Shown here piece after piece: positions 43,288 to 50,845 of a stretch of 64,000 nucleotides of DNA (within the stretch, counting starts at the first letter, position 1; each line of letters begins with the position of its first letter). Under the pieces are notes generated by a model. That model worked only from the letters and a program-made list of their open reading frames with translations. It ran no database searches and was not told the origin of the DNA. Location: positions 2,157 through 66,156 of the forward strand of contig JAQBQV010000002.1 of assembly GCA_028286825.1 (NCBI GenBank), given 5' to 3'. Made by a program: the position numbers and the translations under genes. Source of the stretch: Parcubacteria group bacterium. GTDB lineage: Bacteria > Patescibacteriota > Minisyncoccia > Phycocordibacterales > Phycocordibacteraceae.

Positions 43288-44367
43288 GTGAAGAAAGAAC
43301 CAAAACTTGTAGCAATTGATTTGTTCTGTGGTGTCGGAGGAATCACTCATGGATTTGTTCGTGAAAAAATCCAAGTAGTCGCAGGGATAGATAACGATCC
43401 CACATGCAAGTATTCATACGAACATAACAATAAATCTTCTTTCATTTGTGATGATATCGCAAATGTAAGTTCTGGGCGCATAAAAAAACTATATAAGGAT
43501 GCAGGCGCCGATATCAAAATACTGATCGGTTGCGCGCCTTGCCAGCCCTACTCCTCGCTAAATCCGAAAAGAGTTCAATATAAGAAAAAACACACCGCCT
43601 GGGAGCCCCTTGAGCATTTCATCAGGATCATTGAAGAGGTGAAGCCTCAAATAGTTTCTATGGAAAATGTGAAAGAGTTATCTGATGAGAAGAAATATCC
43701 TATCTTCAAAAGATTCCTTGCATGTCTCACAGAGAATGGTTATTCATACGCATATGAAGTCGTTGATACATCGACTTATGGAGTTCCACAAAAGAGAAAA
43801 CGATTAGTGTTGTTAGCTTCAAGAATGGGCGAGATAAGTCTGATATCTCCTACTCATAAAGATCCGGCAAAGATGAAGACGGTAAGAGATGCTATTGGCG
43901 ATTTGCAACCAATTCTTGATGGAGAAGTTTTTGCAAAAGATCGGTTACATCAAAGCAGTAAGTTGAGTAAGCTAAATAAATCTAGAATCAAAGCTACGCC
44001 AAAGAATGGAGGATCAGCAAAAGATTGGCCGGAGCATTTGGTCTTGGATTGTCACAAGTTGGATTCTGGGAAAACATACATGGCTACGGTGTATGGAAGA
44101 ATGCGTTGGGACGAACCTTCTCCCACAATCACTACCAACTGCCTTACTTTAGGAACTGGTCGTTTCGGCCATCCTACTCAAGACAGAGCAATTAGTTTGA
44201 GAGAGGCCGCCCTACTTCAGAGTTTCCCAAAGAACTACGATTTTATTGGTAAGGAAAAAATAAGTAAGACCATACTTTCTCGTCATATTGGAAATGCAGT
44301 TCCGGTTAGGTTGGCACAAGTAATTGCTCAAAGCATCAAGTTGCACGTTAATCAATATGCTGAATAA
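43288..44367 (+). CDS. DNA (cytosine-5)-methyltransferase
   Basis: Motif I is DLFCGVGG, IV is GCAPCQPYS, VI is SMENV, VIII is QKRKR and X is GNAVPV. GTG start. Confidence 0.9.
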   Translation: MKKEPKLVAIDLFCGVGGITHGFVREKIQVVAGIDNDPTCKYSYEHNNKSSFICDDIANVSSGRIKKLYKDAGADIKILIGCAPCQPYSSLNPKRVQYKKKHTAWEPLEHFIRIIEEVKPQIVSMENVKELSDEKKYPIFKRFLACLTENGYSYAYEVVDTSTYGVPQKRKRLVLLASRMGEISLISPTHKDPAKMKTVRDAIGDLQPILDGEVFAKDRLHQSSKLSKLNKSRIKATPKNGGSAKDWPEHLVLDCHKLDSGKTYMATVYGRMRWDEPSPTITTNCLTLGTGRFGHPTQDRAISLREAALLQSFPKNYDFIGKEKISKTILSRHIGNAVPVRLAQVIAQSIKLHVNQYAE

Positions 44368-44459
44368 TTAATAATAATTGAGTGGCAAAAAACTTAAGTG
44401 ATTTAGTTAGGTTTTTCAAAATTAGATCAGTGGATAACCCACTACATTTTTACGCTTAC

Positions 44460-44515
44460 ATGATTTAGGTTTGGACACCTCAAACCACTCTGGGTATGCT
44501 TTATACATGGCCCTC
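44460..44515 (+). repeat. imperfect direct repeat, copy 1
   Basis: ATGATTTaggTTTGGacaCCTCAAACCACTCtGG...TTATAcatGGCCC shares an exact 12-mer, CTCAAACCACTC, with 45272-45333. Confidence 0.4.
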
Positions 44516-44620
44516 AATTCCTGTATACTTTTATCAAGTCTCCCGAAGGTGAGCCGGGTTTTCGGTTCTAACATCGGGACACCACCACCGCCAGATGACC
44601 AAGTTAGAACTTATAAAAAT

Positions 44621-45130
44621 ATGACTATAATTTACATAATTATTGCGGGAGCTGTTGTATGGTGGGTATTAAAAACTCTCAGTGCTAATGCCCCGGAAAA
44701 GAGAATCGAGAAATTGGAAGAATTTGCAGAGACTATGCTGAGTTCGTATCGAACTACAAATAAAGTTTCGTATGGGCAAGATAACGATGATCCTGAAGTA
44801 TTGAGAATGAGAGACTGGTACACTCGCCTAAAAGAAAAATACAAGCACGATAAATCGCGTCTTGCTCAACTTGCAGAAGATTGGAAAGATTACACATACA
44901 GTCTGAGCAGTAAAAATATAAACAACTACTTGTCATTGGAGGCAGAAGACACTGAAAGCTCTAGTGACCATAGTGATAAAGCTCGGGGTTCGTATTTAAG
45001 AATTGAGGAAATTGAAAATCGATTTGCTGAGATGCTTGGCTCTCAATTTAGAGAGGAATTGGATGCTGAACGGAGAAAGAAGAAGCTGGAAGCAGAGGCG
45101 TTTTGGGCGACCCCAATAGAAGATAAATAA
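44621..45130 (+). CDS. membrane-anchored coiled-coil hypothetical protein
   Basis: N-terminal TM (MTIIYIIIAGAVVWWVL), then a charged helical region. The track start 44471 reads through a repeat. Confidence 0.5.
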   Translation: MTIIYIIIAGAVVWWVLKTLSANAPEKRIEKLEEFAETMLSSYRTTNKVSYGQDNDDPEVLRMRDWYTRLKEKYKHDKSRLAQLAEDWKDYTYSLSSKNINNYLSLEAEDTESSSDHSDKARGSYLRIEEIENRFAEMLGSQFREELDAERRKKKLEAEAFWATPIEDK

Positions 45131-45132
45131 AT

Positions 45133-45249
45133 ATGCGGATTAATCAGATAGAAATATACAATTTCCGCTCGATAAAAGAATTAGTGATAAATGAAGTCCT
45201 AGAAGTGGCAATAAATCCTGACGATATTCCATTAACTAAAATGGAATAA
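45133..45249 (+). pseudogene. N-terminal remnant of an SMC/RecF/OLD-type AAA ATPase
   Basis: MRINQIEIYNFRSIKEL is the characteristic N-terminal strand of ABC-type (RecF/OLD/Gabija-like) ATPases. The ORF stops after 38 aa, before any Walker A motif. Confidence 0.45.
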
Positions 45250-45271
45250 TCTACCGCACTTTGGCCTTTAT

Positions 45272-45333
45272 ATGATTTCGATTTTGGTGTCTCAAACCAC
45301 TCCGGTCATTGATTCCTTATATAGCTGGCCCCC
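45272..45333 (+). repeat. imperfect direct repeat, copy 2
   Basis: Sequence is ATGATTTcgaTTTTGGtgtCTCAAACCACTCcGG...TTATAtagctGGCCC. It lies just after the truncated ATPase remnant. Confidence 0.4.
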
Positions 45334-45371
45334 TAGAACTTTTGATGATGACAAACGAAGATTGGGCTCAT

Positions 45372-45401
45372 AAAAAGGCGACCCGGCCGGGTCGCCTTTT
45401 T
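45372..45401. terminator. bidirectional rho-independent terminator
   Basis: Sequence is AAAAA GGCGACCC ggcc GGGTCGCC TTTTT. Confidence 0.8.
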
Positions 45402-45540
45402 AAAACACAGGCTATGGATCCTCTCGCGATTTGTTGTGAGCGAGGCGTACTTTTCTAGCGCCGTTGGTGAGTGGCAGCAACACAATCTTTTCTCCCTCTC
45501 CGCAGGTTTTCTATAAGCCAGTACCTTTGCTCAATGTCCT

Positions 45541-45756
45541 CTATGCGAGCTTTGAACGAGGCGACTTGTTTATGGGTTTCAAACTCATTCCAATACCTTG
45601 AGCTTTTGCCTCTACTCCAGCCACTGGTCGTTGAAGTTTAAGGCCAATAACTCGAGTTGGCACTTTACCACCCATTGCGCGCAATTGTCCGATCTCCTTG
45701 GAAGTCCATGGTTGACCAGATTTTGCTATATATTTTGGTTTATTCATTTTCTGCAT
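45541..45756 (-). CDS. small basic hypothetical protein
   Basis: 71 aa. A 43-nt repeat copy (45823-45865) lies upstream. Confidence 0.45.
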   Translation of the reverse strand: MQKMNKPKYIAKSGQPWTSKEIGQLRAMGGKVPTRVIGLKLQRPVAGVEAKAQGIGMSLKPINKSPRSKLA

Positions 45757-45822
45757 TCTGGCTAGTAATTATCGGTTCGACCAGACCGATACATAAATGC
45801 TACTCCTGCTTACAAAAAACAC

Positions 45823-45865
45823 CCTGTGGATAGAATTACTTTGAAACGGTTGGGCAATTTTTCAA
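45823..45865 (-). repeat. 43-nt perfect direct repeat, copy 1 (upstream of 45541..45756)
   Basis: CCTGTGGATAGAATTACTTTGAAACGGTTGGGCAATTTTTCAA is identical to 46412-46454 and contains TTGAAA-N14-TTTCAA dyad symmetry. Confidence 0.9.
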
Positions 45866-45904
45866 TAAAAGCCGCGCTGATTAGTGAGGGAGTTTTTCAT
45901 TATT

Positions 45905-45935
45905 TAAAAAACCCGGCGCTAGCGCCGGGTTTTTG
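45905..45935. terminator. bidirectional rho-independent terminator
   Basis: AAAAAACCCGGCGCTAGCGCCGGGTTTTTG. It overlaps the stop codon of 45919..46326. Confidence 0.8.
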
Positions 45936-46326
45936 TTTTAGTCACAATAGCTTCACATTGCTTAATAGCCTTATCGAGCATAGAGTGAGTCGCTTTGAAT
46001 CCTTCTTCGTTATTCATTCGCATTACCGCACGGATTTTCTCTTCGCCAGACTGGAAAGATCCGAGTGAGTCACCCAGATTGTACATGGCGATTTTATACC
46101 CGTGCGATTCTGGGGAAGCATTATTATCGATACCAAGAGCAACGAGCCCCTCAATGACCGCGCCTCCGATGCAGCGTCGAGCCACCTTCGGAATTGCAGA
46201 CACTGAAGCTTCAAGAGGTCTGCCATTTTTGTCTGCGAAGTGGCTTCCCGTAGTGAACTTCTCCTCTGTATCCAGAATGTACATCTTGATCAGTTTTAAG
46301 AGCCGTAAAGTTACTTCGACCTTCAT
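45919..46326 (-). CDS. hypothetical protein
   Basis: GGAGG lies 5 nt upstream of the ATG. Its stop is embedded in the palindromic terminator at 45905-45935. A 43-nt repeat copy lies upstream. Confidence 0.55.
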   Translation of the reverse strand: MKVEVTLRLLKLIKMYILDTEEKFTTGSHFADKNGRPLEASVSAIPKVARRCIGGAVIEGLVALGIDNNASPESHGYKIAMYNLGDSLGSFQSGEEKIRAVMRMNNEEGFKATHSMLDKAIKQCEAIVTKTKTRR

Positions 46327-46411
46327 TGGAACCTCCTGTGGGTGAAAGATCTTGCGAGCCTTGCTTTGCAGCTCCAGCTCTATTCAGGATACGTCTAACA
46401 GGGGTAAACGT

Positions 46412-46454
46412 CCTGTGGATAGAATTACTTTGAAACGGTTGGGCAATTTTTCAA
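46412..46454 (-). repeat. 43-nt perfect direct repeat, copy 2 (upstream of 45919..46326)
   Basis: Identical to 45823-45865. Each copy lies 5' of a minus-strand small gene. Confidence 0.9.
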
Positions 46455-46468
46455 CTTAAGCGGTGGGC

Positions 46469-47134
46469 TTATTCTGTAATGGTATTGAGGTAAGTCTCAT
46501 CTTCGGGTTTGATCATAGTAGCGAGAATGCTGCCATTAATTAGCGCCAAGTTATTTCGCCCTTTTGCCCATTCTTTTGCAGCAGGAGTAAAGTCACTTGA
46601 AGTTACAATAATCCCCTTAACACCTCTATGGTGATCGTAACTTCCGTAAAGATTACGCACCTCTGGCTCAGATACATTGTTGCCGATCTTATAGTGCTTC
46701 ACTTGGACCATGGTTATCTGCGCTGATTTTTCCAGAACAATGTCTATGCCGTGGTCGCCAGTTTGCCCTGTATGTTTGTATTGATAACCCTTTTTGGAAT
46801 ATAAATATGCTACGAATTCTTCGAACTGACGATGGGTGAGGTCAAAAATTTGATTAAAATCCTGAATGTCTCCGTATTTCCAAGCCATTAGTTTTATGCC
46901 TTTTGCATGTTTAAATCGGTGTTTAAATAAATTCCACGCGAGGGCCAGGGTAGCGAGAAATGCGAAACCGACCAGGGCATTCCAGAGAAGTGTCGCAGTT
47001 GTTCCCCCTATGTTCTGGATAAACACATATAGGGCGATAACCACAATTCCTGCTAGAGCGAACATAAAAAGGCGGTTCTCAAAATGAGTCCACTTCCTTG
47101 TATGGCGGCGTCCATGGCGCTTGTATCGAGGCAT
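46469..47134 (-). CDS. membrane-anchored restriction endonuclease-like protein (Mrr_cat domain)
   Basis: Two N-terminal TM segments, then FEEFVAYLY...GDHGIDIV...VQVKHY...GIIVTSSDFT, which is the Mrr catalytic core pattern (D...(D/E)xK). Confidence 0.8.
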   Translation of the reverse strand: MPRYKRHGRRHTRKWTHFENRLFMFALAGIVVIALYVFIQNIGGTTATLLWNALVGFAFLATLALAWNLFKHRFKHAKGIKLMAWKYGDIQDFNQIFDLTHRQFEEFVAYLYSKKGYQYKHTGQTGDHGIDIVLEKSAQITMVQVKHYKIGNNVSEPEVRNLYGSYDHHRGVKGIIVTSSDFTPAAKEWAKGRNNLALINGSILATMIKPEDETYLNTITE

Positions 47135-47357
47135 ATAGTTTAGTGCAGTAAGACAAGTGCGTTATACAACATATTTCAGTTTTCAGCCAATTCAAATCGC
47201 AGTGTTAATGCGGTGATTTCAAAGAAGGGTGGGGGCTTCGAATTGTTCAATAGTGTGCTTATCCCACGAAAATTTGCGCTCGAAGTGGCAGGGCGCATTG
47301 AACAACTGGGCGAAGCCGGCAAAACAGTCTCCTACAAAGTGAAGTAATAAGCCGCTC

Positions 47358-47384
47358 CAAACAGCTCAGACCGACTGAGCCGTT
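47358..47384. repeat. 27-nt palindromic repeat, copy 2 (right border of AT-rich island)
   Basis: Sequence is CAAACAGCTCAGACCGACTGAGCCGTT. Confidence 0.8.
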
Positions 47385-47420
47385 CTGTACTGTCGCCTGT
47401 CTGCTAAAATCGTTCATTAG

Positions 47421-47450
47421 AAAAAAATAGGCCCCGCATACTGCGGGGCC
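47421..47450 (-). terminator. rho-independent terminator of 47478..48125
   Basis: On the minus strand: GGCCCCGC agtat GCGGGGCC followed by a T-rich tract (tATTTTTTT). Confidence 0.85.
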
Positions 47451-47477
47451 TCGAATGTACAACTTCTTTCGCCACTA

Positions 47478-48125
47478 CTATGCGGCGATTTCCGCCAATG
47501 CGACTTCCGCCATGCGCGCGAAGTACCTGTGGTCGACTTTCTCTCCGAAGACACGCCGGCATTTTCCATAGATGAGTGGGAACCAGCTCCAGTAGAGAAA
47601 CATCGCCTCGAAAGGGTGCTGATTGGGAGCCTTGCTAACAACGTGCGCCGCATAGGGGTCCAATCGAATACCGTGGTATCGGCAAAAGATGCTATTGGCG
47701 CCGTACGTTGAGTCATGCACGAATCCTTGTGCATCGACATTCCATACGTGCCACGCCCCCTCGTTGTTGAAACACGCATATCCGCTCCACAGCTCCATCC
47801 CAGTATCGAGCGCGTCGAGGATGGCATTTCCCCAGCATTGACCCGCACCATTCTTCGCTTTTCCGTTGTACGTATGGCCATAGGGTCGGATTCGGGTACG
47901 ACATTCCTGGCCGTGTTGGAGGAGGATCACCGCTGCAGCCGGGTGAGCCATTTCGAGTATCGATTGTCGGACGTCGATCTGTTGCAGAAGAACATCTCGA
48001 TTATGTCGCCAGATCTGCTCGGCGTTCTTTTCGTGCTTCGCGACGTTACCCGCGCTGCCGTTTAAGATCGCACTCAGCATTGCCTCAGTTGTGCGGTATG
48101 GAAACAGCCCTTTCAGATCGCGCAT
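47478..48125 (-). CDS. hypothetical protein with Cys...His...Asp pattern (paralog-like to 39911..40486)
   Basis: AAGGGG lies 5 nt upstream of the ATG. Contains GQCWGNAILDAL ... AWHVWNVDAQGFVHDS. The terminator at 47421-47450 is downstream. Confidence 0.6.
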   Translation of the reverse strand: MRDLKGLFPYRTTEAMLSAILNGSAGNVAKHEKNAEQIWRHNRDVLLQQIDVRQSILEMAHPAAAVILLQHGQECRTRIRPYGHTYNGKAKNGAGQCWGNAILDALDTGMELWSGYACFNNEGAWHVWNVDAQGFVHDSTYGANSIFCRYHGIRLDPYAAHVVSKAPNQHPFEAMFLYWSWFPLIYGKCRRVFGEKVDHRYFARMAEVALAEIAA

Positions 48126-48322
48126 GCCAGCCCCTTTATCGGTGAGAGTCTGATGGAGTTTTAACCTTAAATTCTACTCAAGTCAATGGACGACGATGGT
48201 CTTCCTTTCTAGTGCGGCCGCACCGCATTTCAGGCAGCGTGTACTCCTCGCGGTTACGCTGTTTACTTTTTTATATTTTGCCGTAGTGTCTCAGGTGGAC
48301 CTAACCCTGAAAGGAGTCCAGA

Positions 48323-48751
48323 ATGAATACGCATCTCCACCCGATCTCGGGTGTTCGCACAAATGGCATTCGGCTCGGCGCTGGCGCAAGACTGGAGGCT
48401 GGTGATCACTATGACTCAGCGAGCGGCACATGGGAGCGATGCCCGATCCCTGGTGCAAAGCTCGAACCGGGCTGCCGGGTTGTGTGGATCCGTTCCACGG
48501 AATTGTCGCCCGAAGGCAACGTCTTATTGACCTATCTTCGTGTGTACGGCTTCTATCTGACGCTCTCGCACCACTGGAAAGTCATCCCGTCGGCCAAGTG
48601 GAAAGATGACCCGCGGATGGACTGGAAAGTGCTGCACCCTGGCGCCGCTCAGGATCTGATCGATCTCGGCTTCGTGTGTGAACGCAGCGACAGTGGCATC
48701 TATGAGCTCACCGACGCCGGCCGCGACTACGGCATGCATTTTAAGCACTGA
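48323..48751 (+). CDS. hypothetical protein
   Basis: GAAAGGAG lies 6 nt upstream of the ATG. The terminator at 48763-48796 is downstream. Confidence 0.55.
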   Translation: MNTHLHPISGVRTNGIRLGAGARLEAGDHYDSASGTWERCPIPGAKLEPGCRVVWIRSTELSPEGNVLLTYLRVYGFYLTLSHHWKVIPSAKWKDDPRMDWKVLHPGAAQDLIDLGFVCERSDSGIYELTDAGRDYGMHFKH

Positions 48752-48762
48752 AGCCGAGCGCG

Positions 48763-48796
48763 AGCGGTTACCCCTCAGGTGACCGCTCCTTTTTTG
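48763..48796 (+). terminator. rho-independent terminator
   Basis: Sequence is GAGCGGTtACC cctca GGTgACCGCTC cTTTTTT. Confidence 0.8.
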
Positions 48797-48880
48797 TAAC
48801 AGCAAAATTGACTTTATATAGAAAAAAGTTATTATCACAAGCACGGTGGTATCGCCACTTAACCGTGAGGGAGAAACGAG

Positions 48881-49450
48881 ATGTTCTTTTTAAAAGAATG
48901 TGCCGACCGTTTTCCGTTGTATTGGTCCGATTGGGGGCCAAAGCTCGAGATGGATAGATTGGCGAGCTTCGTTACGATTTTGTTCTGCGCGGATTTCCTC
49001 CTGCTGGCATTTATTCAGACAGGTCCGGGGTTCGGTGGGCATGTAGTCGACGTATTGTCGGTGATCCTACTCGCGTGCGCGTTCTGCATCACCTTCGCGT
49101 TTGATGAACTACTGCACAAGCTTTCAGGAGGTCAGATAGACGATCGATCGCCCCTGCTTCTGGTTCTCTCAAGTAGTACGTATCGAGTGACCCAGACACT
49201 ACTGTTCTTCACTGTCATCATCTATAGCGCCTTCTTGCCGAACGGGCTTGGCGATGTGGCCATCTTGATGCGCGTCTCCGCTATTTTTTCAGTAATGGTT
49301 GGATTTCTGCTGATGATTTTCTATGCAGTGCCGAAATTCACCCTTCGTTGGGAAACGAAGCTGCGGGAATATCCGCCCAGAGGCTATATGGACGATGGCA
49401 TATACCGTTTACACACGCCGCCCAAGCCGAGGCTCGTTTCAAGTCGTTAG
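48881..49450 (+). CDS. integral membrane protein
   Basis: GAGGGAG lies upstream. 189 aa with about 4 hydrophobic segments. Confidence 0.55.
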   Translation: MFFLKECADRFPLYWSDWGPKLEMDRLASFVTILFCADFLLLAFIQTGPGFGGHVVDVLSVILLACAFCITFAFDELLHKLSGGQIDDRSPLLLVLSSSTYRVTQTLLFFTVIIYSAFLPNGLGDVAILMRVSAIFSVMVGFLLMIFYAVPKFTLRWETKLREYPPRGYMDDGIYRLHTPPKPRLVSSR

Positions 49451-49563
49451 GTCGCGCAACATACGATGGGCTCTGGAGGGTATCTCCAGAGCCTGTAGTT
49501 TTAAATAAAGTTCACCACAGGAGTACTTCTATTTTTATAGTTGCTGCCACTCCTTAAAAATTA

Positions 49564-49649
49564 GTCGCCCATGTCGTCCCAGTGACCAATTTCACTTACG
49601 ACTGCAAGGAGTTAGTGAAATGGAAATACTCTTTGTGATGACGGGCAGC
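49564..49649 (+). repeat. intergenic motif, long form (same hairpin insert as 400-487)
   Basis: Sequence is GTCGCCCATGTCGTCCCAGtgaccaatttcacttacgactgcaaggagttagtgaaatggaaatactctt...GACGGGCAGC. Confidence 0.85.
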
Positions 49650-49727
49650 AAGTTTGACATCATATAAATTAGAATGTAATTTCCATCTGGGCACTCCTTC
49701 AATCCACCCTAAGTAAAGGAGATCATT

Positions 49728-50330
49728 ATGGACGAGGATAAGACGGTCAATATTCAGGATATTTTGATGGGTCGTCGTACGGTTGCTCTCGTGGGTGAGA
49801 TCAATCACAAGTCGACAGATGAAGTCGCGCAAAGGTTGTTACGTCTGCAGGACGAGTCGCAGGAGCGGATCAATCTTGTCATTGACAGTGGTGGGGGCGA
49901 GAACCGTGCCGCGCTGCATCTCTGCGATCTACTTGGAACAGTGATGACTGCGCCGGTACGCGGAATCGCATTCGGGAGCTGTATGTCGGCGGCGACGTTC
50001 ATTCTCCTTCATTGCAGCGAGCGAGTTTCTACGCCCTATACCGAGTTCTTGATCCATTCGGGAAGGACGAGTGGCATTTCGATCACGGTCAATGACAAGA
50101 CGGCCGACGAATTGCAGCTGTTGGCCGACGAGAGTAAAGCTAATAGGGAAGAGATGGTCCGGCTCTACATGGCGAAGTTGAAGCTCCCGCGAAAACGCGT
50201 CGACCAACTGGTCACTCAAGGCGACCAGCGCTTCAATCGCACACTGAATGCCGTACAAGCGCTCGAAATCGGGCTCATCCAGAAGATCATTACCGAGAAT
50301 CTCGGCATCTTCCCGAAGCCGCCCGCCTGA
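49728..50330 (+). CDS. ClpP-family (S14) serine peptidase-like protein
   Basis: Contains NLVIDSGGGENRAAL...D and GSCMSAATFILL ... FLIHSG, aligning with the ClpP INSPGG / AASMG / IHQP regions. AAGGAG lies 6 nt upstream of the ATG. Confidence 0.7.
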   Translation: MDEDKTVNIQDILMGRRTVALVGEINHKSTDEVAQRLLRLQDESQERINLVIDSGGGENRAALHLCDLLGTVMTAPVRGIAFGSCMSAATFILLHCSERVSTPYTEFLIHSGRTSGISITVNDKTADELQLLADESKANREEMVRLYMAKLKLPRKRVDQLVTQGDQRFNRTLNAVQALEIGLIQKIITENLGIFPKPPA

Positions 50331-50335
50331 TCATT

Positions 50336-50372
50336 AAGCCCCTGAGATAACCTCAAAGGGGCTGGCTTTTTT
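50336..50372 (+). terminator. rho-independent terminator
   Basis: Sequence is AGCCCCT N13 AGGGGCT ggcTTTTTT. Confidence 0.7.
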
Positions 50373-50379
50373 GTAAATA

Positions 50380-50409
50380 GATTCCCACGCCGTACCCACG
50401 GCCAACGCG
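50380..50409 (+). repeat. intergenic motif, short form
   Basis: GATTCCCACGCCGTACCCACGGCCAACGCG lies after the terminator of the ClpP-like gene. Confidence 0.65.
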
Positions 50410-50452
50410 TAAGATTTGATACACTAGAAATACTTACTACTAAAAATAACCT

Positions 50453-50815
50453 ATGGCTAAATATATTGATGGGTTTGTGCTCCCGGTACAAAAGAAGAAT
50501 ATGGATGCGTATCGCAAAATGGCGGTGAAGGGTGGGAAGCTGTGGAAGAAATATGGTGCGCTCGAGTATTTTGAATGCGTGGGCGACGACCTTAAGCCAA
50601 AGTGGCTACCAATCACATTCCCGTCATTGGTCAAAACGAAGCCATCAGAGACTGTCGTGTTCTCATTTATCGTCTTTAAATCAAAGAAGCATCGTGACTC
50701 GGTCAATAAGAAGGTAATGAGCGACCCATCGATGAACGAATTTAAGGATACAGCGATGCCGTTTGATATGCAGCGCATGACCTACGGCGGTTTTAAAGTG
50801 CTCGTCGAGGCCTAG
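50453..50815 (+). CDS. DUF1428-like protein
   Basis: Shows the MAKYIDGFVLPVQKKNMDAYRKMA...KLWKKYGALEYFECVGDDL pattern. Confidence 0.75.
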   Translation: MAKYIDGFVLPVQKKNMDAYRKMAVKGGKLWKKYGALEYFECVGDDLKPKWLPITFPSLVKTKPSETVVFSFIVFKSKKHRDSVNKKVMSDPSMNEFKDTAMPFDMQRMTYGGFKVLVEA

Positions 50816-50845
50816 TACATTTGTGAACTTCGATAATGTGATGCT

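Noticed and set aside
48212-48223. GTGCGGCCGCAC palindrome in the divergent promoter region as an operator
   Set aside because: It is only a 12-bp GC-rich palindrome with a single occurrence, which is insufficient evidence. It is noted only as a possibility.
49596-49832. 78-aa minus-strand ORF
   Set aside because: It overlaps the long-form repeat element and the 5' end of the SD-led ClpP-like gene, and has no start context of its own.
49728-50330. ClpP-like gene as evidence of a prophage (head-maturation protease)
   Set aside because: No portal, capsid, terminase, integrase or other phage genes are recognisable nearby.
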